From Vicugna vicugna (taxonomy: Eukaryota), in NCBI GenBank assembly GCA_013265495.1, contig MU057487.1, positions 558,001 to 622,000 of the forward strand: a DNA stretch of 64,000 bases. Reading direction: 5' to 3'. Under the pieces are notes generated by a model. That model made no database searches. It was not told the origin of the DNA and saw nothing but the letters and a program-made list of their open reading frames with translations. Position numbers and translations under genes: made by a program. Shown here in pieces: positions 26,674 through 39,626 of the stretch (position 1 is its first letter; each line of letters opens with the position of its first letter).

Positions 26674-29377
26674 TAGATGATGTCCATAGGAGACCTCCTG
26701 CCTGGGCAGAAGTAGAGAAAAACACATTTTTCTTTGACAATACTGTCCAGGAAAGGGTGTGCCAGGGTTACTGTTCCTGTTTTTGTGTTTAGCAAAAATT
26801 GAAACGACAAAGATTGGGAGATGAATAAGCATAGAATAGTCTTTATTCAAATCGCAATGATGAGCTGCAATCTTAAACACAGTGTAGAAAGCAAGAGGAT
26901 GAGTAATCAAATTAAAAACTGAAACAAAAGTAATGGAAACCAAAACCAGGGAGACTGCTTAGTCATAGTTCTAGCTATTGTTAAAGAAAGCAGAAGCTGA
27001 ACAATGCCAAGTAAGTGTAAAACTAAAATAAAAGAGGTTGAAATGAGGTAACACAGAAGTGCTGCTTGCCTCTTCTCTTTTCTCCACCAAGTTCTTTGAT
27101 TTTTCCTGAAACTGATATTTTCCACCCAAGAAAGAGTCCTCACTTTCTAATTATTCTCAGAAGTTTTTTTTTTTCCGATTTGAGGCAAGTGAGTGACCAT
27201 GATATCACTGTATACTTAAAACTAGGGTAAATAAACATCAAATACTGGGCATTTGACTCAAACTAGTAGAGAGAATTCTTGCAGAAGAAGGCGTAGAAAC
27301 AGCACTGTCTGTTTCCTGTGCTATTTAAAACCAAGCTGGCTGATGCACTGGGTATGGAGCATAGGGGAGTGATTGTGAACTGGAAGGGGTGTCGTTAAAT
27401 GACCTGATAGGTCTCTCCCACCTCTAATTTTCTGTGATTCATCTCTGGGAACAGACTAGCTGTCATGTAAATGTCACAAAGCACAGATGGAGGTGCAATG
27501 GGCACTGTGTGAGGCTCCTGCTCTCTTGCCATGGAGCTGCGCTGCTGCGCCGTTCACAGGAGCTGCAGAAGCGCCCTCCACCCTCAAGAGATGCCCTGAG
27601 ACGTCTACTGAAGGGTCCTTAGGGCAAGAGGCTGGTAGTGTTTGTGCAGCAGCAGGAAAAGCTTTCTCTCTACTGATCAAAGAAGGTGGTGGATCTGGAA
27701 CCTCCAATATCTTTTAGCAACTGAGAAGAGCTTTCTGGATGGACTCAGACTCTCAGTGGATTCAGTCACTTTGAGTTAGAAAAAACTTCTGAGGCAACTC
27801 ACCTGAGGTTTTAATGTTGGTGCCTTCTTTGCATATGTGATATTAAAAATATTTAATAATTGTCTTGACAACTAACCAATCAGAATGAACTCCATTTTAG
27901 TGCTATAATGGGATGCTGGAGGCCTCCTGCCATGCCCACGGTTAATCCTTGAGTTGTCGGATCACAGGAAGATTTAGGTGAGGAATCCTGCACAGATAGG
28001 GTTGTGTGGGGCGGTCAGGACGCTTGACGACACCATTAGTTTCTACCCAGTGTAGAAATATTTCAGAAACGTGAGAACGTCTCCGGCCAAATCAGTGTGT
28101 ATGGGGTGGGTATCAGTGCTGCTTCTCCCCGAGAATCCAGTTCTGATTCTTGTCCAGATGGAAGTTTTCCCATGAGGCTGTCTAGTGGTATGTAGGAATC
28201 TATCCTCTGAAATCAGGGGCCTACAACTTCTCTTTGACTATTGCTACAAGATGCCAGACCACTAAACCCTGTGCTGGTCAGCTTCTCTAGGTGGTAGGGA
28301 AAACCGGACATCTGAGACCGATGTCATATGACTGGGACAGGCCAGAAGCCCCGGGCTCTGTGCACTTCTGTGACCCAAAGGGCACGTCACATGTTCGACT
28401 CAGGTCTCCTTTCATTGAGTCTTCAGTGCAGAGAACTGCTGTGAAAAATTTGATAGAATGAGAAAGTTTGGTTTTTCAGAGTGTAAGAAAAGCAAACAAG
28501 CAAAGCAAGCCCTGGCAAGAGAATGCAAACCATTCCAAAGACGCTCCACACTCTCGCTTGCTTTCACAGTCCCCTCCTGTTACTCTGACTGCTGCCAGGC
28601 CGGGAACAGGGCTCACACACCACGTGCAGTCCCATGTGAACGTTCCAGAGGAGAGGCCTTCCTCCCGCCCCCAAGTTCGGAGGAAAAGCTGTCTGCATAG
28701 ATACTGGAGTATTTCTGGCACCACCTGTGCGTTACACCCGTGCAGTGTTATCAAAGGAGATCCCAGAAATCATTGCTGAGCCATTACAGAGCTCTCGCTA
28801 TAAATGCGGATCCCTTGGGGTCCAATTTTTGTAATACTGGTACCCTGCAGGATGGAAAGTGTGCCCGTTCTCAAAGCACCTGGAGTCAAGGTGACGGGGT
28901 ATTTGTTTCCCATAATCACCATGGGAGGTATGGAAACAAATGAAATCTGAATCCCATTTACCAAATACTAGCATTTATATTCTTACACCATCAATTTGCC
29001 ACCTACCAGGCCCAGGATGCAGAGCCAGATCTCTAAGTAGCCACGACAGAGACTGAAGAGAAGCAACTTAAAAGGCGACCTTAGGACTTGCACTTGTATT
29101 AACTGAGAAACATAACCTTTAGGAGAGGATTATTCATTTAAAATATCAAATGCCACTTAAAATGATGGAATAATCATTCGACTTCTTTTGTGGTAACCTT
29201 TGGAACTTTCTTATGGTCATTTCCTTTGAAGTAGTTAAAAGTCCAGATTTCTTATGTTATTGATTTTTAGAAATATAAATTTAATATCTTACAGATATAA
29301 TATTTTATGGAGGCAGAACTGATTTCAATCATACCACAGACACAGGTAAATAAAGTCAGACTTTCATTGTTGTGCCT

Positions 29378-30345
29378 TATATTAGTTAGGGTTCAGTCAG
29401 GAAAAAAAAGTACCTATGCTCGGTAGGTTCAAGTTTTATATTTTTAATATAAAATACTGGTTATGAAAGTAAAAGGGGGAACTGGGGCAACTCAGAAATG
29501 AGCAACAGCAGGAATCATTCCCACCCTGGGGCTAGATGGACATGGGGAACGTCACAGCTACTACCTGAGATGCCCCCCAAGGTGGGAAGAGGAAGATACC
29601 TGGATATTGTGGCTTCTCCTCTCTCTGTCCATTCAGTCTCCCATTAGATACTTCCATTTTCCCAACACTATCCAGAAAGACAGCCTGGAGAATGCAGTTC
29701 ATAGGTACTTAGCTCAGATTTCCCTGAACCCCTCATGCTAAGCAAGTCTTAAGTGCTAATGCATTATTGGGAGGTGCAACCCCAGGGAAGCAAGAGTGTG
29801 GGGAAAAGTGCAGGGACACACGGAAGCACGGAAAAACACCACCACCAGGAAGGTGATGCGTCGTTGAGCAGGACGCTGCCTCACTGACCATAGTTAGTCA
29901 CTCAGCCTCCTAGAGATCTCTGGATGGGCTGCTCGGACTTTCTGCTGCAGGAAGGGGAGAAGGATGTATGTACTCATGCCATTCTGTTTTCTGTTTCCTG
30001 TGGTCAACGTTTGCTCACAGGAAGTAGCATCATCTGACCCCTTTAGACAGCTGCTGAGGAAGCCAGGGTCCACATCCTGTTACATGGCCCTTCTTCGGAT
30101 TTGGAAGCAGTTGGGGGGAGTGGAAGCCTCTGTGGGTCTGGTCTGGGCTCCTGCTGTGGTGGGTGCAGTGGAGGTGGTTGTGGAACCCAGTGCCTCCTTC
30201 ATGGAAGAGAGCCAGCTGGAGATGCCAGAAGATGACACGACAGTGGTGGCAGCTGAGGTAGGGGCTGAAGAAGTGTCCAGAACCCCCAAGAACTAGTGGC
30301 CAAGGGCTTAAGAGACAGGCCAGGCAAAAAGAATCAGAGGCAGCA
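29378..30345 (-). mobile_element. Cluster of degraded ERVL-type LTR sequence
   Basis: tattagttagggttcagtcaggaaaa at the left end and tattgggaggtgcaacccagggaagcaagagtg internally resemble reverse LTR33/LTR41/LTR16 families. Boundaries uncertain. Confidence 0.4.
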
Positions 30346-30559
30346 CATTAAATGCGGACAACAGATCTGCACGCTAACAGCAAGGGCCTGGCACGTGTAC
30401 TGGCCTCCCTTACCAAGCCTGCTGCTGTTTTCCTTGGTGTGGGGGAGGGCAGGAAAGATGTAAGAAGGAACGGAAAGGCAGAGGAGGGGAAAGTGAAGGA
30501 AAGGAGAAGGGAGGCAGTAGAAATCAGAGACTAAGTTTTATCAAGTATATTCTTGTGCA

Positions 30560-30750
30560 AGTATAATAAGGGATGCCTTATGGACATCATTTCAATTACT
30601 CCTTTAAACAACTGTTTAAAAGGGGAATAATCACCCCCATTTTATAGATGAGGAATCTGAGGCCCAGAGGGTTTGCAGACTTTCTCAGCTAGCAAATAAA
30701 TGCTGGAGCTGGGCTTGGAGCCAAACCAAAGCTCTTTATCAACCCACAGC
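30560..30750 (-). mobile_element. MIR
   Basis: catcatttcaattactc...cccccattttatagatgaggaatctgaggcccagagggtt...ggagctgggctt. Confidence 0.7.
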
Positions 30751-32379
30751 CACATGTTGTTCAACCATCTTTCATTGTATGAACTGGCATACCTCCTACA
30801 AATGCAAATTTCAATTGCTAAGCCTTATTTTCTCAATAGTTCATAGGAAAATCATAGAGATCCACTTTAAAAATACTGAGGGAACAAAATCTGGAATTAA
30901 GGAGGCAATCAATATTTGTGAGAGCTGACAGGAAAGTTTAGCAGAGACAAGAAAACGGGCAGAAAAGTTGAGGGAAAGGATCATGGAGGTTGCTTTCACT
31001 GCTCTCCTATTCTTTCCCCGCCCGCCCTTTTTTTTTTTTTCCTCCCCTTAAGTTTGTTTTCAGATTCTTTACTCCAAGATGATGGTTTGAGGCTGGGAGG
31101 CTGGACATGGAGTGTGAAGATGATCATCACTTCCCCCTATTCCCACATGGACAATAAGACAGAATTATGAAGACATTAGGTGAACAAGGACTATATCATA
31201 AGTGGTTCTTCATTACACATTCCATATCGTCATATAGTAAAATACACCTTCTATATGTGGGGAATAGCCCAGATACACGTATTTTTTTACAAACTGTAGA
31301 CTTCAGAATTCGGTTAACCATTTTTTCCCATTTGAAAGTGAGGAGCAAATGTCATGAAACTTCATATCTTCATACATCAGCTTTTGTTTTCTAAGAATAA
31401 GGGCAATTCTCACATGGCTGTAAGACCACCTAAGAAAATCAGCAATAACATCATCAATTATAACTCTCCCGCCCACCTCAGCTTTCTGTTTTTGTGAGTC
31501 AAAGTGAACCACCCATTTAAATTGTCCATAGTTAATGTCACCATTTTTGCAACCAATGAAACAATAATATGGTTCCTTCATTATGCAATATTTTCTAAAT
31601 TCTACTGTAGGATGGCAAGTTCTCAATATAAATTGTCCACAAGAAAATAAAAAGTTCTTTATCTGAGAAGCTTATGATTATATACTGATGAGGTGATCTG
31701 CCCTGGCTACTAAAAACATATTGGCTAAAATTCTGAAAAAAGTTGAAAAAAATATTTTTGTGTGTTTTATTATGCATACGAAAACGTAAAATTATTTTAG
31801 TCTCTCTGGATGAGGAGGAATCTTTGGAAGCACTGGTCATAATGAGAAACTCCGCAGAATCATCATTCATTTATCCACAGCCACTCTGAGTAGTACCTAC
31901 ACCTTCACCTCTCATGCTTTGACCGGGGTTTACACTGGTCTCCTGGTCACTGAACCTTTTGGTGATCACCTTATCCTCAGACCTAGCTTGTCTGCCACGT
32001 CTGGGGACAGGTGCCCACGGGAGCTGCTGCTGAGTCACGTGACACTGGGCAGAGCAGGAACGCAGCAGAACCGCTGCGCCTGGGAGGTGGCAGTGGCTGA
32101 AGCAGGGCCCATTTTCCCTTTTCAGCAGATGTTTACTGAAGTGTAACACACGTACGGAAAAGTAGAGGAGGAAGGCAATAGTATGGACACCTGGGGCATT
32201 CTTACTCCCAGTCTTCGCTCTAGCTGCTCCCGTTGCACAGGACCCGCTTCACCAGGTATACCAGAAAGCTTACTCCCTTCCCCCTCTCAAGTCTTTACTT
32301 GACTAGCATGTTTCTTAGTGAGGCCTTACCTGACTGCCACATGCAAAACTGCAATTCCCTCTTCCAGGTGCCTCCCTAT

Positions 32380-32547
32380 CAGGCCTGGGGCTAAGATGAG
32401 GCACCTGGGGCACAGACATTAAAGAGACCCCACTCTCAGAGACCTGCAAGCGCAGGGCGCAGGGTACATGCACAGCCCTGAGGGTGAGTGCCCCTTTAAA
32501 TCTGATCCCTAGGTGCTAGGCTTTGCCTCACTTTGGTCCCTGCCCTG
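32380..32547. mobile_element. Palindromic non-autonomous DNA transposon (MER96-like hAT MITE) within L2-like sequence
   Basis: Terminal inverted repeats caggcctggggctaagatgaggca / tgcctcactttggtccctgccctg, internal inverted ttaaagagaccccactctcag / ctgagggtgagtgcccctttaa, and a partial 8-bp TSD ctccctat / agtcctat. Confidence 0.75.
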
Positions 32548-33024
32548 AGTCCTATTCCTCCTTTATGTGGTAGTTTTTTCAAGCCCTTCTCTAGAATGGC
32601 AGTTCCCCAAGAATGGGGATATTGTCTGTTTTATTGTATTTCTAGATTTGTTATAGTGCCTGGCACTCTAAATGCATAATGTGAATAAGTGAGTGGATGA
32701 ATGATTGAACATATATGCTCTGCATAGGCATTTCATTCCTCCTGCCAGCAGTACACTGAGCACACCATGTGAGATTCTGAGCTTCTTACCTCGGTGATCA
32801 CCAGCTCTTTTTATTTATTTGTCCCCATGCAGAGCACCATGTCTGGCATGCTGAGCCACTAAATAAAGGTTGGCTAAGTGACTATATAGCTGCCAACCTC
32901 GGAGATACAATTTTGGTTCCCAGCGTAACATGCCATCATTATGACAGCCATTATTACACTAGGAAGAGCCTGCTTCTTGAGAATAACTGGAGATAATGCG
33001 ACTGAGGTTTGCACAAAGTACTAT

Positions 33025-33165
33025 CCCCTTGGCAGCTGTTTCCTCATCTGCAAAATGAGCATAATTAACTGAGTCCATGGAATGGTTGTGAGGGTCAGTG
33101 TGGTTCTGTACAGGGTGCCTAGCACGTAGTCTGGTTCCATACGTGTCTGTTGTTGTCATCCTTTT
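33025..33165 (+). mobile_element. MIR fragment
   Basis: ctgtttcctcatctgcaaaatgagcataat...ggttgtgaggg...gtgcctagcacgtagtctgg. Confidence 0.7.
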
Positions 33166-35849
33166 TTATTCCTATATGATTTTTGTTACGTTTTCCCTCT
33201 AATAAATTACAAAATAGACATTTTCCCAAATGGATATTTTTCTTTAGTCCTTGCAAAATTCTCTACACGTTCCTCTTATTTCTTTATTCTCTTTGAACTC
33301 TTCATTTTTATTTCCTCTGTTTATGTCTATTCCATATTATTTCCCTCTTCGTTTTCATATACATTACTGAGTAATTAATATGTGCCAAGAACTATGCTCG
33401 CGCTGTGAATGCAAAGGAAACTTAAACATGACCCCTTCCTCTGAGGAACTCGTAATGCAGCTGGAAAAACACGTATCAGCAGTTAGGGTCCATTGTTGCC
33501 CAAGCTCTCATACTGGGCACGGGGCGGACACAGGAGGGTAGGACTAGCCCTTCTCTCTTCCAGCTGATTCTCCTACAGTCCTAATTGGGTAGCCCAGTGT
33601 CTTTATTCTGTTTAGTCTTCTAGGCATTTCCCTTCTGAAGAAAAATTTCTCTGTTCCCTTTGATTTACCATTACTTTTCCTTCATTATATCCTCCCGATG
33701 CTGTTTATTTTCTTTTGCCCTTTTTCTAAATAAAGCCTAAATTTTTAAAAAATTAGGTTATTTCAGAAATATGGTCATAAGGTGAGTATTTGATTTCCTA
33801 TGGCATAAATTCTTTGACTCCTATAGAGTATATGGAATTAAATCATACCCGTGTGCAAAGCAGCAGGTCATCTAGCCTCACTAACAATAAACAGAGCATC
33901 ATGTACACAGGACATAAAAGGAATCAAAACAGCCCCAGTGTCTTGGAAAGTCTTAATCCTTCAAGGGCAGTTTCAGTGAAATATCAAATCCCTTACCATG
34001 ACTCAGAGCTGTCATAAAAGTGCTTTACTGTAACAAAAATGAAACAATAACTTTATTGAGCTTTTGAGCATATACGACAGGCAAAAGAAATATCAGTTAG
34101 TACAAAAAATATAAAAATAAAATTTTAAATTTTGGCGATATTGGGAAGAGTAAAACATAAATTAGAGACAGTAATCTAAGAATGAAAAAAACAATATCTG
34201 AATGAAACGTACCTACTGTATATATGTGAAACAATTAGAGGACAAAAGCTAACTTGTGGTGATAAAATACCAAATATATTTTAATTATAGAGAATTCCAA
34301 ATAAAGTAATGTTTCAAAGGGCTCGCTGCTCCAGAAATACTTCCCAGAGCTTGTGATGTTGTGTCAGAACTCAGAAGTAGTGCCATAGATGGACTGATGG
34401 AGGAAAGATGATATTCTAAATGGAAAGGAATATTCTTTCTTTTATTAAAATATATATATTTCTTTACTATATTGTTTCATGTTAAAGCCATGGATTAAAC
34501 AACTCACACACACTCTCTCTTCTGCCTTCCTTAAAATCTATTCTCCAAATAGCAGCCATAATGATCCTTGCAAAAAGCAAGCCAGATGAAAAACAAATTA
34601 GGCTATGTATCTACCCTACTTCAAACCTCTCTCAGAAACAAAGTTCTGTGGACTTTAATGAGGACATAAGCAGGGGGTGGCACAGAGGCAGCTCTTCCTT
34701 GTTTGGCAAACTTATGTAACAGACTATTAACAGTCAAAGTTACGTGCAGAAATGAGGACCAGGGACTAAGTGAATGCCTGACCATAGAGCTTATGTTTCA
34801 AAAGTGTAGGAAAAGTGAGGCGCTAAGGTTCCTTGAGTGGCCCAATTCTATTTTTAAGAAATATTGCACTCAACACTCATTCATTGGCCTCCTACTGTGT
34901 GTTCCTGATACATTTCTTGATAACTGTAATCTGATAACAATGAAAGTATGGCATGATTCCCTTCTCTTGAGGAGCCCACAGGCCATTCAAACAATTTTGG
35001 TAGCTGTGTGCATATTACTCTGGAGTGAGAAGAAATTAGAGGCATGTTGTATGACTGGAAGATAGGGACCAGAATTCAGGTTTCTGAGTCTAGAGGGGTG
35101 ACTCTGAGACAGAAAAGACAAATCCCATATTTTAGGCATTGTGTGGCAAAAATACACATATTTGGTGGTTGAATAAAGAACTAATAAAAAATAACTCCAT
35201 TTGAGCAGTTCCATTTTCATTACTTACTAGAAGTATAAGCTAATCATTTATTTAATCATTTAGTCATTTACAGCCTAATTTTAAATATTTCCCATGTGCC
35301 AGTTACTCATATGATCTACCTTCACCAGTCATCCTGTACAAATACATTTTCTTAGCATTATTATCTTATGACTTTGTCTACTTTGTAGTATTCATTTTAT
35401 AGTAAGAGAAAAAGATAAAGTTGATTGAAGAGATATACAGTGTTGTGTGATGGCTCTTATTGTGCTTCTTATAATAATTAAAATAAGAAAACAGTATTCA
35501 TTACTAATTAAATTTTTCTCTTATCACTTAGAAAAATTTATAATTTGGAATGTAAATTTCTCCTGATTATTCTGAGGATAAGTGTGAATTTTTTCAAAGA
35601 CTTAATTTAATTCTGCTTTCTAAAGTTATTTGAAAGTTACAGGAGAAATAGAAAAACCTTTACGTTTTCTGAAAATATACTGTCACTGGATATTTTCATG
35701 TAATTCTAAAACAGTGGTATAAATTTTGACCTGATTTGCAAGAAGATAATTTTATTTTCACAAAGAAACTATAATGTTTGTATCGTAATATTTACAGTTT
35801 AATTTCTGACTTTACATATGAGAAATATTTGATAATGTTTAATAGTTAG

Positions 35850-38800
35850 GGAGGGACTTCATTTTCTACCCATGAGGGAGTAAGAGTATAGATTTTGCCT
35901 TCTGCTGTAAACAACCAGAAAACTTGACACAATGCATGAAATAACTGGGATCAGACTTTGGAAAACAGTGCATGACCTTGATTCCAAGAAAGTGAAACAA
36001 ACAAGGTGAACCCTAAAATGACTCAGGCTTTCTGCCTGGAGGCAATTTCCTTGTTGCTGTTTAGTGAGAAAGAAACAGAGCTTGGCTGTCTTGATAATTT
36101 AGGAAGACAGAAATCAGAGTTTAGAAAGGCCAAGGCAGCCAGAATTTGTGGTGCAGAGGAAGGGAGAGGTTGGATCTATGCAGAAAGAGTCCCAGAAGTT
36201 GGCATTCGAGTTCCCCTGAGTATTTGACTGAATCTGTATGAGTAGAATAGAATTCAGAAAGTCCAGATAAAGAACAACTGCTGAGGAGCTGGATTCCCAG
36301 AGGTAACACAAGGCCAAGAGTTGTCCTAGTTTCTACAGGCCAGAGTGAAGGTACCTTGTTGAATACACAAAGAATTAAGTAGAGACCCCAGTGGATCCAT
36401 AACTTAATAATGAGGCTAAACTATTCCTAGAGTAGAGACTTTTTAGGCTTGCCAGGAAAGATTAAAAACAAGGCTCAAAGTGATCCACAAGTAACTTAGA
36501 TGACTTCCAGAACAAAGGGCAGTACTTCTTAAGAAAAAAAAAAAATCCAGCACTCTACAACTTATGTACACAACATCCAGCATCTGATCAATTTTTTTAG
36601 ACATATGATAAAGTAAGAAAATGTGAGAGAATACCAGAAGGAAAATCAAGCAACAGGAGCAGTACCAGATATCATATTGATGATGGAATTAGTAGTCAAG
36701 AATATTAAAATATCAGGTATCACCTCACACGAGTCAGAATGGCCATCATTCAAAAGTCCACAAATGACGAATACTGGAGAGGCTATGAAAAAAAGGGAAC
36801 CTTCCTACGCTGCTGGTGGGAATGCAGTTTGGTGCAGCTACTGTGGAAAACAGTATGGAGATTCCTCAAAAGGCTAGGAATAGACTTCATATGACCCAGG
36901 AATCCCACTCCTGGGCATAACTCCTGGGCTCCAGAAGGAACCCTACTTCAAAAAGACACCTGCACCCCAATGTTCATAGCAACACTATTTACAATAGCCA
37001 AGACATGGAAACAGCCTAAACGTCCATCTCCAGATGACTGGATAAAGAAGATGTGATATATTTATACAATGGAATACTATTCAGCCACGAAAACAACATA
37101 ACACCATTTGCAGGAACATGGATGTCCCTGGAGAATGTCATTCTAAGTGAAATAAGCCAGAAAGAGAAAGAAAAATACCATACGAAATCATTCATGATTT
37201 CTGTGGAATCCAAAAATAGAAGATAAATACAAAACAGAAACAGACTCATAGACAGAATACAAACTTGTGTTTCCAAGGGGGTGGGGGGAGGGAAGGGACA
37301 GACTGGGATTTCAAAATTTGTAGATACTGATAGGCATATGCAGAATAGATAAGCAAGATTATACTGTATAGCACAGGGAAATATATACAAGATCTTGTGG
37401 TAGCTCACAGCAAAAAAAAAAAATGTGACAATGAATATATGTATGTTCATGTATAACTGAAAAATTGTGCTCTACACTGGAATTTGACACAACATTGTAA
37501 AATGACTATAATTCAATTAAAAATGTTAAAAAAGGAATATTAAAATATCTACTATAAATACATACTAAAGGATTTTAAAGAAAACATGTATATCGTAAGA
37601 AAACAAGTAGAAATATAAGAATATAACAAAGTGGAATTTATACCATGAAAAATAAAATATATTAGAGATAATACTTTAATGGATGGGATTAACAGCATGT
37701 TAGACATTATGGAAGTAAAGGTCAGGAACTTAAAACATAACAATAGAAAATGGCCGAATGAGGCACAGAGAGCATAAAACAAACTTGAAGAAATGAACAG
37801 GCTCTCAGGAACTTGTGGAGTACCATGAAGAGGCATACCATAAGTGCAGCTGGAAACCCAAAAGGACAGGGGATAGAGACAAGCCAGAAAAAAAATTTAG
37901 AAATGATGACTGAAGAAATTTCAAAAATAATGAAAATGTAAACACAAATCCATGGAGCTCAACAAATCTTGAGGAAGATAAACATGAAGAAGGCATAATT
38001 AAATTGCTAAAAACCAGGGATAAAAAGGAAAATCTTAGTATCAGCCACGATTAAAAAAAAAGGCCTGTTACACAGAGACTCATCAGAAACCATATGCAAG
38101 GCAAGAAACAAATGATATCTTTAAAATGTTGGGGGAAAAAAAAACTTTAAAACTAGATGTCTGTTCTCTAGAATAATGGAAGGGCATAAAGTGCTGAAAG
38201 AAAGAAAAAGCTGTCAACTTAAATTTCTATACCAAGTGAAAATATTTTCTCAAAAATTAAGTCAAAATAAAGACTTTTCAAAAAAAAGCTGAAAGAAGTC
38301 AATTTTCAGATCAGCACTATGGTAAATATTAAAGAAAGTTCTCCATTCAGAAGAAAATTATACCAGATAGATATGAGTCAATACAAAGGAATTAAAAGCA
38401 CCAGAAATCACGAATGCATGGGTAAATATAAAATATAATAATATTTTTCTTACTGCAAAAATTTATCTCAAAGATGATTGCTTAAAGCAAGAATGTTAAC
38501 TTATTATGTGAGGGAGTTATAAAATCTGTGTAGGTAAGATATTTTATAACTGTAACCCAAAGAATGGGAGGGAGAGAAAAAAGGATTTTGCTGTAAGGGA
38601 CTTACATTATACATGAAATTGTATAACGTTATTTGAATATAGACTGTGATAAGTTAAAAGTGCATATTGCCAACTCTTCAACAACTACTGAAACAAAACA
38701 AAGAAGTTTAGCTGGTATGTCACTATAAATAAGTCCTTGGATAAAAGGCAGACATCATCAGATGAGAGGTGAAAGCAATATTGAATTAATGTTTACAAGC
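35850..38800 (+). mobile_element. Ancient LINE-1 (L1M) 5'/ORF1-region remnant, interrupted by a younger L1
   Basis: A-rich + strand with ORF1-like relics (aaatgaacaggctctcaggaacttgtgg; aaattgctaaaaaccagggataaaaaggaaaatctta; aaagtgctgaaagaaa...ctgtcaacttaaatttctat). Boundaries approximate. Confidence 0.6.
36715..37534 (+). mobile_element. Young 5'-truncated LINE-1 (ORF2 C-terminus plus 3' UTR), camelid-like
   Basis: aggtatcacctcacac...gaatggccatcatt...ccaatgttcatagcaacactatttacaatagccaagacatggaa (ORF2 end), G-rich 3' UTR tract and A-tail. Exact 15-bp TSD GAATATTAAAATATC at 36700-36714 and 37535-37549. Confidence 0.93.
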
Positions 38801-39499
38801 AACTCACTTTTAATTCAATTTTTTTAATGCAATGTTTTTTGATGTTTATTTTTGTATTGTGTAAGTGAAAAAGTACTTACCAAACAAATTGAAAATGGGA
38901 GAAAGTTTAAACTGGTCACATAAAAAGCAATTCTTCAGCAATTTTGAACTAGTAATTTTTCTTCCAACGATCCATGTGATCTTTTGAATTCACTAGAGCT
39001 AGTTACAAGATCAGTAATAAGGTTACACTTTCTTAGCCATTATTCTGTTTTTATTTGTACAAAGCTGCTTACACTTTGATAATTACAACAGAAATTCCAT
39101 AATTTCTGTTTTTATGAATTTATAAGGTTTTATTACATAGGAACTTACGTGGTTAAACATTACTTGCTCTTACAGAGAAGAAAAATGTATTTTTACTTTT
39201 CTGAGAATTATTAATACACATTAACATAAATATTGATAGAACTCAACTTTTTCACTCCCTTTATAAAAGAAATTAGCCTTGAAAAGTCTCCATATCCAGG
39301 ATGGAATGAACTGAAATTCCTATTTGAACTCTAATGTAATAAGGTATTCCGAATCCATGTATTTAAGATTCCTCAATATGTAGGACTTTTTGAAAAATTA
39401 CTTAAAAAAAATCATAGTGTGAAAGCAAGTCCTCATCTAAAATAAAAGAGTTTTGGGAGAAACTGTCTCTGAGGCATGTGAAATATCCCTATGTTACAG

Positions 39500-39626
39500 G
39501 TTATACGGAAAGGAGAAGTCAGCTGTTGCTGGATTTGTACTGCCTGCAAAGAGAATGAATTTGTGCAAGATGAATTCACCTGCAAAGCTTGTGACTTGGG
39601 ATGGTGGCCCAGTGGAGATCTAACAG
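39500..39626 (+). CDS. GRM1: GRM1 internal coding exon (cysteine-rich domain); not in the ORF track
   Basis: Acceptor tgttacAG|GTT and donor ACAG|GTagga; 127 nt, phase 0 to phase 1. Manual translation VIRKGEVSCCWICTACKENEFVQDEFTCKACDLGWWPSGDLT(G) shows the class C CCWxC cysteine pattern and joins both flanking exons in frame. Confidence 0.97.

Noticed and set aside
29964..30296. Ser/Thr-rich antisense ORF (30080-30289) and a 110-aa sense ORF
   Set aside because: Low-complexity translations within probable degraded LTR sequence, with no splice or homology support.
37016..37450. 144-aa hydrophobic minus-strand ORF
   Set aside because: Antisense translation of an A-rich L1 3' end.
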